Of a DNA stretch of 64,000 nucleotides, positions 31,196 to 47,334 are shown piece by piece. The notes below the pieces were generated by a model, which was not told where the DNA came from, searched no databases, and was given only the letters and a program-made list of their open reading frames with translations. A program made the position numbers and the translations under genes. Within the stretch, counting starts at the first letter, position 1. Every line of letters begins with the position of its first letter. Origin of the DNA: the human T2T-CHM13v2.0 reference genome, Homo sapiens; the NCBI RefSeq assembly GCF_009914755.1, contig NC_060932.1. One strand, written 5' to 3'.

Positions 31196-31496
31196 GGCCA
31201 GGCATGGTAGTTCATGTCCGTAATCCCAGCAGTTTGGGAGGCTGAGGTGGGCAGATTGCTTGAGCCCAGGAGTTCAAGTCCATCCTGAACAACATAATGA
31301 GACCTTGTGTCTACAAAAAAATCAAAAAAATTAGCTGGGCATGGTGGTGCATGACTTTAGTCCCAGCTACTCAGGAAGGTGAGGTAGCAGAACTAATTGA
31401 GCTCGGGAAGTTGAGGCTGCAATGAGCCGTGATCACACCACTGCACTCCAGCCTGGGTGACAGAATGAGACCCTGTCTCAAAAAAAAAAAAAAAAA
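31196..31496 (+). mobile_element. AluJ inside Ricksha
   Basis: J diagnostics 'ttgagcccaggagttc' and 'gaggctgcaatgagccgtgatc'. TSD aaaatcctgaaaata. Confidence 0.9.
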
Positions 31497-31560
31497 AAAA
31501 TCCTGAAAATATAATTCTAGAAAAAATAATTTTAAAACATTCTTTTAAAAACATGTATTT

Positions 31561-32046
<486 letters not shown>

Positions 32047-32529
32047 TCAGTATACTAACAACAGTCACACAGGTACAACAGTTATGAGCAGATGAACCAG
32101 ATTCAGAAAGAAATCAGTCAAAAAGAGAAACGAATAATTGTGTGCACCCAGCTTTATATCTGCCATCATCTGAAATACTATGAAGGACAGCCTAAGTCTT
32201 TATGAGATCAGTCAAGTTTGGATGGATCACCATCACATGTGCAGTCACCCAAAAAGCCAAGATCTCGAGAAATTTTATTTTTCACAAATGAAGATGTTCA
32301 AAAAGAACATCATTCCATTTATTGAGGAAGTTTCAACATTTTTACATACACGTACAATGCTTACACACAAAGTCAACATTGTGATAATGCACTTTCGTGG
32401 GTCAAATTTGTAAAACCCTGCATAAAACAAATTAGAAGTCTTTAAAAGTCTTTACACAATTTATACCCTAGTACTGGAAATGATGTGAAGATGAAATACA
32501 CAGCATAGTGAATTAATACTATGTGTGGA

Positions 32530-32841
32530 TGGATGAAACTCATATACAATTGAGTAATTTGGCATGAGAGAATTCTTGTATTTTTCACCTGCATTTTCAC
32601 TTTTTCTATGATCTTTAAAACACTCACTGCACTTGAATTTGGAGAGTGTCTACAAATTCTGGAAGTATATGCTGTCCACTTGAAAGTCTGTTTATTGGCT
32701 CATCTCTTGTAATTGAGCAATTTTCCGCTTCCAGGCACCAATAATTATTAGCTTTTAAGCCTTATATTTCACCATTAAGTAACCTCATGTGCTTGAATTA
32801 TCATAGTCTTTTGGTGAGGAAATTTTACAGATCTCTTCCAT
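32530..32841 (-). pseudogene. Decayed N-terminus of MULE transposase (FLYWCH zinc-finger-like)
   Basis: Manual translation across frameshifts: MEEICKISSPK...GYLMVK...KANNYWC...GQHIL...HSPNSSAVSVLKIIEKVKMQVKNTR. Confidence 0.6.
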
Positions 32842-32863
32842 CATGTAACAAGGAATACAGTTA

Positions 32864-34390
<1,527 letters not shown>

Positions 34391-34836
34391 ATTTGACTTC
34401 CAGGATTGCAACATTAGGGATTTTATCTTTAGGGATAGTGATTTACAGAATTTTAGACTTAATTTTGATCAAGTGATTTTGATCTTTTGGGATTTTCATC
34501 TTTTGATATTTTTAGCATTCAAGATTATGGCATTCAGGATTGTGTCTTTCAGGATTATGGTTGGCACCAGGACAATATAATTTGTGGATAGGTGCTTGCA
34601 AATACCATACTCAGGTATTCATCTTTTTAAAACATTTTAAATTTATAAAAAAAAAGATATAAATTTTAAAATTTCTTAACTTAAAACTTTTTAAATTTCT
34701 TAAAAATGTCATTAAATAATTTTAATATAAAAACAAATAAATTGTTCTTTTGAAATGTATAGCAGAAATTTCAAATATGTCATAACAGTTTTTGTCTTTT
34801 TTTGATGTTGAGTATGTCAATTAGATTTCAGTCTGA

Positions 34837-35135
34837 TTTTTGTTGTTGTTACTGTTGTTGTTGTGGAGATAGAGTCTTACTCTGTCACCCAGAGTGATGC
34901 CATCACAGTTCACTGTAACCCAAAACTCCTGGGCACGAGCAATCCTCCCGTCTCAGGTTCCAGAGTAACTGGGACTACTGGCACACACCACCATGCCTGG
35001 CTATTTTACTTTTTTGCAGAGACAGGGGTCTCATTTCATTGCCCAGATGGTCTCAAACTCCTGGCTTGAAGCAATCTTCTCACCTTGGCTTCCCAATCTG
35101 CTGGGCTTACAGGCATGAGCTACTGTTCCCAGACC
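34837..35135 (-). mobile_element. AluJ with (TTG)n tail
   Basis: 'aactcctgggcacgagcaatcctccc'; TSD-like cagtct..ttttt. Confidence 0.85.
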
Positions 35136-35139
35136 CAGT

Positions 35140-35490
35140 CTACTTTTTAATATATGTTAAGTCACTAAATTTTAAGTAATATCATATTATGTTTGTGGAC
35201 AAATCATTTTTTCATATTTAAATTAAATTAAATTAAATAGCATCATGGGTCACTTGATAAATGGGGGAATTTTGAAATTTACTTCATCTTATGAATATTA
35301 TCAAATGTTACATTAAATAAACTTTATAAATATAATTTTAACAATATGGTGATATTGTTTTATCTAAACTTATTTATAAATCACTTCACAAAAATAATGA
35401 AGTAATTATAAAAATTTTATAAAGGAGGTCTGTGAGATTATGTACTACTTCGAAAGGAATTCATTAATTAAAAATGTTGGGAAACTGTTC
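35140..35490. mobile_element. Possible hAT-Charlie remnant (may be the element Ricksha inserted into)
   Basis: The end 'aaaaatgttgggaaactg' resembles a Charlie-type terminus, and the body is AT-rich. Confidence 0.35.
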
Positions 35491-37374
35491 TAATCTACTT
35501 GAACTCTATCCCAAAGAGTTCCAGTGTACACAGTGGTTATAATATTAAAGGAACAGCACACCTGCTGGGCGTCTAACACTAACCTCTTGTTTTCTTACCA
35601 CAATTCTTTTTTATCTTCTATAACATTTTACAACTAAGTGTTAATACACACATGCACATACACCCACACTCAGACAATTGAAGAAAATAATATTCACAGT
35701 CCTCCCCATTAAAATGTATGTGCACCCAAGTAAGTAAAAATAACCTCCTGGATTTTTTTAAGAAATAAGGCTTCCAGAAAATCTTTTAAAACTTAAAACC
35801 ATAGCTATAGAAATGATTTGTGCTGCAAGTATTTAAGCACACAAGGTCAGCCTTGATTGGCAGTTAGAATTTTACATACCTCAAAATGTGTATGATTTTA
35901 ATTAAGTTCTAAATCACTTTAGGTGAAAGTATGCAAAGAAAATTATTTTCCTCCTGGAGAATAACAGGGACTTAACTTGGCTCCCTGAGGTCTATACAAA
36001 GCACTTAATCTCTTTTCCTCAGTTTCTAGCTGGGAATTACATCTCTACAACATAGAGATGGGATGACCAAATAATCTAACATCTATACCAAGCTTTGAAG
36101 TTTAGTAAAACGGATGTGCTGGTTGGGTAGCAGTGCTATTGTTTTCATTGTGTTTCATTACTTTCATAACCCAGGGTTTCCATTGATGAAAGCCTACAAC
36201 AAAGCATTCATGGTGTGTGTGTGTGTTTCAAACTGCCACATTAGTGACTGGCTGTGTATACACACAAAACATCTATGTATTCATTGGTAAATTAGTATGA
36301 AGTGTTTATTATTTAATAATTTAAATAAAAATTTTTTCAACCTTTCCATTCTTTTAACTTTTCTTCAGAGTCACCAGAATTATTTCACTAATACAGATCA
36401 GAAGTGCTCTTAAAGCACACACCCTCCATTAGATAGCAACATTTATTTCACAGACCTAATTTTGACCTAAAAAATAAAATTTTATAGCCTACAAAATGAA
36501 TAAGTCATCGAGAAGAGCTGATACTTAAAATATGTACACATGATGAGATCAAAGATTGCCAAATCAATGTGACTTCTTAAAATCCTGGAAAAATGAGAGC
36601 AAGACATCTCATTGACATCTATTAGAAGTACCTTAGTAAATTAAAACATTTTTATCTTCCCCTTTCTTTGTCAATTTCTATTTGAGTAATATAAAGGCTT
36701 ATGTTCTCAACTGGAGCCAAAGAAACACCTATTACCATTGAGGTTTAGATAATTTTTTTACAATTTTTCATAGGACCTACACAGAGTCCTTATCTGCAAA
36801 AAATAAGATGTGAATTTTATAAAATGCATTTGCCACACAAATAAGGATTCATTTTAAAACACTAATCTATTTAAAGTGACACTACTTTTTCTTTCCTACA
36901 TTAAATTTATTCTGAAAGTGTTAAATTAATAATAATTAAAAGTGTTTTAGTTAGAAATAACAACCATTTATGAGAAATGACAATAAAATAATACGAAGGA
37001 TGTTGAAAGTAGTCTACATATCCACAGAAATGCAGTCTCACTGATGTAATCTTATTAGGAAACTATACACATCTTCAAATGATATACTGTGACATAGTTT
37101 TGTAGCTATTGCTTTATGTGTATTCATTGTTCATTATATGCTAAATGCTGAAACATGAATGAATGAACAGATGAATGGATTGCCTCAGAGACCATGTGAT
37201 ATTTTTAACATCAAAAATGGTGATAAATATTTATTCTTCAAGAATAAGTTCAGAAATGACAAGACCATTAAAAGCAAACTCTGATGAATAATAAAGCTAA
37301 TCAGGATTTGGTGAATGGTAGAGAAAAAAGTGTTCATTTGTTTAGCATCTACTATGTGCTTGCCACATAGTAAA

Positions 37375-37915
37375 ACTGCTGGTTTCCAATCCTCTTTTTC
37401 TGCCTAAAACCCCAAATTTAGTTTTTTTCCCCTTTCCCCTGCTAACTAAAACAAAGCAAAGTCAACCCCATTCCCAGATCCCGGGCTAGATCCTCATAAA
37501 TCTAAGCCAATCAGTACACATGGAATTACCCTAGGAGCTCTTATTGGGTGAGAAGTGGGCATGTCATTTTGGCCCAATTAGACTGACAAAAAAGATTTCT
37601 ATTCCCTGATCAGGAGATTTTTCTCTTCCTCTCTCTGAACATGAAAAAAGAGGCCTGTTTTTGCCCGTTTCTAGCAGTCTTTGACAGGTTGGTTTTCCTG
37701 AAGTCATGAGGGAAATCAGCCTGAGGTTAAAGGAATAAACACAGCTAATGGCAGGGTCCAGAGAATATCAGAGAAGCAGAGCTGGAGTCCTCATATAACA
37801 TGGCTGGTGCCCACCAAATCTCTGAACTTCTTGATGTGAAGAATAATACTTTTCCTATTTTTAAGCTAGTTTGAGTAGAGTTTTTCTTTCCCTTGAAAAA
37901 AGCATCTTAACTGAA
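37375..37915 (+). mobile_element. MLT1K/J-like LTR
   Basis: 'ctaagccaatcag...gggcatgtcattttggcccaat' and the 3' end 'tttaagctagtttgagtagagttttt...agcatcttaactga'. Confidence 0.65.
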
Positions 37916-38304
37916 AGAATAAGAACAATAACACTAATCATTTGAGAAATTACCATTTGCCAGATATTGCAGCAAAAATTAAAATTCCTAATTCTCAATA
38001 TAGCTCTGCTCTAATTTTCATTTAATTGATGAGGAAAATGAGTTTAAAGAAACTAAGTGCTTTACCTCAAAAATATATGTATATATATTTTACCAATTTT
38101 AAAGTAATTTAAAAAATATATTAATACAGTTTTTTTTAAATGAGGTACCTTATTCACAATATCTTGTTATCAGTGAGTGAATTATGATTAGAATCTGGGA
38201 TCCTCTAGCTTTAAAACTCGTGCAAAGTACTTTATGCATCTTCACATTTGATGTTCACCACAGCCCTACAATGTACTATCATCAACACCTTAGAAATAAA
38301 GCAT

Positions 38305-38757
38305 CTTGTGCAAGTTAGTAATTAATTTGGCTGTTAATAATGGAAAACCAACTACAGTGGTTTAACCATACAAATGTTTATTCTTACATATAAAAGGAAT
38401 TTTGTACTACACAATTCTGTGCTAGTAAGGTGGCTTCACAAAATTATAACTAACCAAGCTCCTTCTATCATACTATTCCATCATCCTAATCCAAGGGCTA
38501 CTACACACAAAGTCTCCTCATGGTTCATAATTGCTGCTGAAGTTCCAGTCATCAAGACCATACTCCAGTCAGTAAAGCAAAAGATACTTCTTCTAGATGA
38601 ATTCACTTTCTTAGTCACATTGCCTCACTTAACTACAAGGGAGGCTGGAAAATTTGTTATTTTATCTGATGTCTTGCTGTTTCAAATAAAATTATGATTC
38701 TGTAACTAAGAATGAAAAATAAAATGAATATTGGTAAGATAGAAATCTTTGCCTTAG
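38305..38757 (-). mobile_element. MLT1I/J-like LTR between MIR fragments
   Basis: 'acagtggtttaacc', 'gctgctgaagttccagtcatc' and 'ttagtcacat...actacaagggaggctggaaaat'. Confidence 0.7.
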
Positions 38758-40039
38758 CATAAGAACCTTAAGGAAGTAATAAGACTTGCATAAGGTTATA
38801 CAACTAGGAAGGGTAGTGACTCAGTATGTGAACTATGGCTGTAGAATTCCAAAACTCAAGTTCCTAATTTTTATGCTGCATTTCCTCCCTAAGTAGATGC
38901 ATGAGTTATACAGCATAAAGAAATGGCACCACATGATAAAACAAAAATTAAAAATGATGTTAGGTATTCATTTGTGAGTTAAAAATTAGACTCATTACTT
39001 TAGAGTTATACTTTTAGTATGTGTAAAATTTACTGACATAAAATAAATGGTATATAGCAAAGTTAATCTAATATAATTTAATGACAGCATTATCATTGAT
39101 ATGTTGGCTTCTGTAGATAAACAGGTATGCCCTTTAAGCACTACATTTACAAGCTTATCATCATATTTTAAATTGTCAATTAATTTAGCCCTCTGTAGAA
39201 TTATGCTATTCACCCTATATTCCTAACTCATAGAGCAGCATGAATTAGATTCTTTATTCAAATGATGTATAAGCATTATTAAAATGTATTTCTGTTGTGC
39301 TGAAGGAAAGGAAAATGCATGTGAGGACAGAATTAAAAGAGCAGAATGCCTAGATTCCAGTCCCGACTTCACCCCCAGCTCACTCTGTGATCCTAAATGG
39401 AGGCAATTTGGGCCTCCATTTCTGCATTTTTTTTTTGAAAGACATCTGAGTTTCTTTTATTATAAAATTCCCAAATCCTCATGTTCAATGAAAGTAAGAT
39501 CTATACCTTAGCTTTTGGATAGGAAGAAGTAGGCAAAGACCTAAAGAGGAAAAAAAAATAAAATTAAAAAATAAAATCCTAGGCTTTCTCTGCTCAAATT
39601 ATGGTTTAACAGAACCTGTGGAAATAGACTGAAATAGACTATTTGGGCTCCCTGTGTGTTCTGGTATACATCATTAACCTGGCATTTCTCTGAATGCAGA
39701 AGAGAAAATGGCCCTCTTTGCAAAACTATGTTTCAGAGTTCTGAATTTGATAGTCTTATTGATTGTAAGTAGAATTTATACAAGTTCTATTTATTATCTC
39801 ATCTATGCCTAAAATTGAAGGAACCAATTCCAACTGGTAATCAAATACTGGGAATTCATAAAAAACAAATTAGGTAGCTCTACATTACAACTAATATTGA
39901 AAGAAGTCCAATACATATTGTTAAATAAAATAAAATTAAGGTGCAGAACAGAGGGTATAGTCTAAAGGCATTGCCACAAAAAAGTATATTTTTAAAAGTA
40001 TATGTTAACTATAGTATATATTAAAAGTAAGTATATATT

Positions 40040-40339
<300 letters not shown>

Positions 40340-40363
40340 TTATATTAAAAAATAAAAGTGTGT

Positions 40364-40682
<319 letters not shown>

Positions 40683-40739
40683 TCATGTAAATACACACAC
40701 ACACTTTGCAATGTGTGCACATATTGTGTGTATCTATAT

Positions 40740-41353
40740 ATTTCTGTTTCATTTTCGGTTTCTAAATCTGCCAAATTTCCAATCTTGTTTAGTTTCTTGA
40801 ACATAAACATAGATATTTTAAATTTAGTTTCTGGTATCTACATGATCTATATCCCCTCTACATGTGTGTATATATATATATACACACACTTATATATAAG
40901 CAGCATATGTACACATATGTGTGTATGTGTATATGTATGTGTATATATACACATACATACACACATACATTGTCATATAATTTGGGAAAGCTTAAAGCAA
41001 TTATCTTTTCAAAAAGTGTTTCTCATCCTTCTAGAGTCAGACATTTTCAACACATTTCACTGTTGCTTCTGGCTCTTTTCTGTATTTTTCATTGTTTATA
41101 ATGTAAATATTTAAATATTTTCTTCTGATCTATCTTCCAGTTCACTAATTCTCTATTCAGCTTTATGTAATCTCCTGTTAAATCTATTTATTTAGTTCTT
41201 TATTTCATTTATTGTATTTTTTTACTTCTAAAATTTCTGTTTCTTTTTCAGTTTCTAAATCTGCCAAATTTCCAATCTTGTTTAGTTTCTTCAACATAAA
41301 CATAGATATTTTAAATTTAGTTTCTGGTATCTACATGATCTATATCCCCTCTA
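40740..41353. repeat. 121-bp non-tandem direct repeat (40740-40860 and 41233-41353)
   Basis: The two copies differ at 3 of 121 positions by eye. Confidence 0.95.
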
Positions 41354-42050
41354 AATTTGTTTCTGTTATCTGTTCCTTTCCCCTGGCTTCTACTCACATG
41401 ATCATATCTCCTTGTATGCCTCCCTTTTTTTTGAATGCTGAAAATTATTTATAAAAAATTATGGTGCTAATATTAGGCTCTAGAGATTGTAATCTTTGTC
41501 CTGAAATAATTACTTGCTTCAGACAGACAGGTATGCTAGAGTCACTAGCAACCACAAATAACCTCAATCCAATCAAGAATTAGGATAATTTAAAGCTGGG
41601 TCTTCTCCCTGGAAGTGCTGATTGATTCTAAATTTATTGTCATTCCTAGAATGTAATCATTCTGAATCCTACTCCAAAGCTTCAGAGAGTTACCATGTTT
41701 TCTTTTCCAACATGAAAAAGAAACACAAATAGATACATTGGTCCAGAGGAACACAAATTGGAGTGCAATTTGGACTACAATTTGTGTTCCTCTGGCCTAT
41801 GTATCTACTGAAGCACACTTTCAGAATTGATGGCACCTCTAGGGATTGAAGTGTCTCCAAATGCCAAGTTCAATTCTATGGCATTTTTCTTCTCCAGGGT
41901 CTTGGCTGCACAATCTCTCACCATCTTGGTAGCTTTCCAATGCCTTAAGAGAATTTTCAAAATTTTTCCAGCTTCTGTAGTTGTTTGGAGTGGGAGGGTT
42001 TGTCCAAGCTACCTAGCTTGCAATTTCCAGAGACAGAAATCCTATATATG
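41050..42050 (-). mobile_element. Ancient L1M (L1ME-like) 5'/ORF1-region fragment
   Basis: 'ttcttctgatctatcttccagttcactaattctct...taatctcctgttaaatc'. Confidence 0.7.
41730..41807. repeat. 78-bp quasi-palindrome (inverted repeat with ~38-bp arms)
   Basis: Left arm tagatacattggtccagaggaacacaaattggagtgcaa versus the reverse complement of the right arm, tagatacataggccagaggaacacaaattgtagtccaa. Confidence 0.95.
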
Positions 42051-45000
42051 TTTTTTAAAATACATATAAATATCTGGGAGGATATATGAGAAAGTATATA
42101 AATGTGCTTACCTCTTAGGAGAGAGAGAGAAATTTGGGTAAGGAAACTTTTCACTTTTAGCATACAACCTTTCATATACAGTTAGAATTTCTTTTTCTTA
42201 TAAGTATGCATTGCTTTTATTTTAAAAATCTAGTTTATAAAATTATTCAATAAAAGTTTAAAAATAAAAATAGTAATCAAATAACAATAACTTTGTGACA
42301 ATTATTTAATATTCACTACATGGAAGGATTATCAGAAAGCCTACCTAAACTACAGGTTGGAAGATATGTCTGTCTATTAATCTGATTTGCAATCTACATC
42401 ACATAGCTAAAAAATACACTTCTATAAAGGAAGAGAACACATGGAAAAAAATAAGTCAAAGAAGGCAAAAAGGAATCAGCAATATTTAGCCATTGTATTT
42501 GAGATCTTAAAGTTTATTATTTATGTGTCCTGTTATTTGCAATTAATAAACATAATTATCTTCAATTGTTAGACAATATATGTAATAATATATACAGCGG
42601 TTTCTAATCACTAAATTAACATTTTTAAACTAGAATATCTGTTTTCAGGGCAAAATATAAAGCATAGAGACTTTCCAAAATTAGTATGTGACTTAAAAGA
42701 CATGCAAAAGTGCTCCCTATAAATATTAACTTGCTTATGCCACAAGTATGTACTCAACACTATTTGACAGTGCTAATAGACCCAAGCATTCAGTCATTTG
42801 GCAAAGCCAACAAAGACTATGGCTTAAATGGGTCTGAATGATTGGAAGAACCATTGTTCTGCAGTTTCCCTCAGTTGTGATATCCGACCCTTGTGCAATA
42901 AGTCCCACAGAAGGAAAATATTGACAAAAGAAAAAAATAGCAACATAAATTTTAAACTCAAGCTAATGGCATTTTCATTGTGAGCTACAGGTTACATCCT
43001 AATTCAGTGAAACTATAACTTTGCAAATATTCATTGTCTATTGACAAGTTTGAACTAGAAATTGATTTCAAAATGGAAAAACATAGGGGCATGTGGAAGA
43101 TGTCTAGTTTACAGTGATACATAGAACATTTACAAAAGATATATGAACTACTCATATTTTGCTTCTGTGAACTGAACACTTCATTTATCCTTTTCAGCTC
43201 TATGAGTGAACAACTTGTTCCTTAGGAGAAAAAAAAAAGTAAAGCTGAATGTTTTTGAAAAATCTTTCAGATCTCTACTCATATCCAGTTTATTTAAGTT
43301 ACATAATCCCATCTCAATACCCTGCAGGCCATAATCATCAAGTAAATCACATCACGGGCACCTCCTATAAAAGAGAAAGGAAAGGGATGTAAGGAAATGC
43401 ACACATGTATGTGTCTATGTGTGTATATCTATGTATACCAAACCAAAGAAGAAAATGTAATAGTCATGATAACACAGTTGATACTCCACAATTTTATAAA
43501 TCCCCTTCTCCACTTGCTCCATGTTCCTTTATTGTAAGCTATATTCCTTGTTCAGAATCAATGTTAATTGAGATTACCAGGACAGTGCATGATGTCAGAA
43601 GTTTGGCAAGCAGGGAAGGCAAGTGCATATCTTAAACAAGTGTTTTTTCCCATGAATATAAGTCCTTCAGACAGAAGGCATCTAATATTATTCACCTTCT
43701 GCCAGAGTGTGATGCCCTACTAAGGACCAGCTTTGATATTTGCTATTGATATGTTGTGCATTAATAAAAAGCAGTAGCTTGATCAACTATGGTGATGATA
43801 AAATTAGGTTTTAAGCCCCCATTCTTCCCACCATGGCCACGTTGTTCATGAGCACATTAAGCAAGCTTTGAGGTAGCTATTACCTAGGCTGACAAACACC
43901 TGCAGAGCAGGTCATTTTGTGCACCAGACTGTTGAGAACCTCTTCTGCAAGATTTTATGTTGATTATTAATTTGGAACACAAATATTTGCCCATTTTAAG
44001 AAGACTATCACACTCCTCTTCCCCAAACTTTCTTTTCATCTGTTCCGACTGTGTTATCTTCGAAGTCCCTAGCCATTTGACCAAACCACTGATCATTATC
44101 TAAGAATCAGTGGAGCTTCAATACAAAAGCGAAATCTCTTTCCAGGCAAATGGATAAGCAGATACAACTGTCCATGCCCTTTACGTGGAAGATTTTGCTT
44201 CCTCAATAAACTTCAGCAGCAGGAAGGGGTGTATAAGGCCACAGTTAGTCTATTTCCAATTAGTGTTGGCAGATCATGCATGACTACTCAACTGGCCTTA
44301 GGAAACATCCCATTAGGAATGAGTATAGATTGAAGAAGGCTGTGAAGGAGTAGACGCACTGGGCATTGTGAACCACCTGCTCTTTGAATAAATTTGTGCT
44401 TTCAGGGCCTGCTCTAGTCACGTGATGATGGAGTCCTGCCATCAAGCTCAGGTAACGGGGGGGTTCACAATGGCTTTTGCTTCTAAATCAAAAAATCTTT
44501 GCATTGGTGGAATCATGCACTCTTCTATATCTTTCAATAACACTGTTTATACAAATATCTAAAAATTATAAGTGGTTGAATTTTGCACAGCTCACATAGC
44601 TTTGTCTATCATACAGTCAGAACTTAGTATTCCACTAAAAATCGTAGTTCTTTACCCATTAGTCTATATCTTAGTGTATTAGTCTTATCTGCTTTTATTC
44701 AGCTGTAACATTCACTATCCAATATATTATTAGATTTTTAAAACAGTTCTCAGACGTAGGTTGATTTTATTTTCTCATTATTTATCTACACAGTTTATTT
44801 TCTATAGGTCATATACTTCACTGTTTATTATAAATTTATTTATTCTTATTCCAGTATTGCATTCTCCTCCTTATCATGTTTTTTGTTGTTGCTGTTCTGT
44901 GAGATACTTCTCAGCATATGCCAAGTGTTGGTTTGGTGTTAAATACCCACATTGATTTTGATTCTATTTTTAGCAATTTGGCTACTTAAATAACACTTCT

Positions 45001-45101
45001 AGATTGTGTAAAGCAACATTTTATCTTTCGCAACATACTTTGTGGATCTGACCTCGGTTCTTACTAACACTAAATCTAGGAGGTAAGGTGGGCAGAGAAG
45101 G

Positions 45102-45105
45102 TTTT

Positions 45106-45152
<47 letters not shown>

Positions 45153-45190
45153 CTTTCTTCTTTCTTTCTTTCTTCTTTCTTTCTCTTTAT
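45102..45190. repeat. (TTTC)n microsatellite
   Basis: Read directly. Confidence 0.95.
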
Positions 45191-45386
45191 TTTTACATTT
45201 TTTATATTAATAGGCTACTTTTAAAAACAGTTTTAGGTTTATAGAAAAATTGAGCAGATAGTATAGAGTTCCCCTATTCCACTCTCCCTTACACAGTCTC
45301 CTATTATTAACACGTTGCATTAATGTGGTATGCTTGTTACAAACGATGAACCAATGTAGGTAGGTTATTCTGACCTAAAGTCCGTA

Positions 45387-45392
<6 letters not shown>

Positions 45393-45439
<47 letters not shown>
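45393..45439. repeat. Pure T47 tract
   Basis: Read directly. Confidence 0.95.
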
Positions 45440-45442
<3 letters not shown>

Positions 45443-45980
45443 ATTTCTATTGTTTAAGTTCCATGGCTTTTGACAAATGTATAATGTCATGTATCCACCA
45501 TACAGAATAATGCTGCCAACCTGAACCTCCCCTGGGCTTCACCTATTCATCCCTCTCCCTCCCCACTAACTCTGGCAGTCACTGATCTTTTTATTGGCTC
45601 TATAGTTTTTCCTTTTTCATAAGTCATATAGTTGGAATCATACAGTATGCAGTCTTTCCATAATGTCTTCTTTCACCTGAAATATGCATTTAAGATTTCA
45701 CCGTGTCTTTTCATGGCTTGGTAGCCAACTGATTTTTATAGCTGAATAATATTCCCTTGTATAGGTGTACCACAGTTTATCTATACATTCATCTACTGAG
45801 AGACATTTTGGTTGCTTCCAGTTTGGGGCAACTATTAATAAACCTGCTATAAACATCTGTGTGCAGGTTTTTATGTGGATGTAAGTTTTCAACTCATTTG
45901 GGGAAATACCTAAAAGTGTGATTGGTAGATCATGTGGTAAGACAAAGTTAAACTTAGTAAAAAATAAATAAAAATAAAGG

Positions 45981-46396
<416 letters not shown>

Positions 46397-46617
46397 TCAA
46401 CAGCCTTTGTTGTTGTCAATGCTTTGGATTTTAGCCATTCTAATAGGTATGTATAGTGGTATCTCATTCTTGTCTTAACTTGCATTTCCCTGATGATATG
46501 ATCTTCAGCATCTTTTTTATGTTTAGTTGCCATATCCTCTTTTGTAAGGTGCCTGTTCAAATCTTATGCCAATTTCTTAATTGACTTTTTTATTTTCTTA
46601 TTGATGAGTTTTAATAG

Positions 46618-46955
<338 letters not shown>

Positions 46956-47030
46956 TGAATACAAGTTCTTTATCAGATATGTGTTGCCAATATTTTCCCT
47001 CAATTTGTGACTGGTCTTTCCATTCTCTGA

Positions 47031-47334
<304 letters not shown>

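Noticed and set aside
34400-34560. Spaced short repeats (gattt/gggatt) that look array-like
   Set aside because: These are Ricksha subterminal TIR repeats. They lack constant repeat/unique spacer structure, and CRISPR does not occur in human DNA.
43884-44096. 70-aa ATG-initiated minus-strand ORF in unique DNA
   Set aside because: No recognisable homology, splice context or codon signal; this length is expected by chance.
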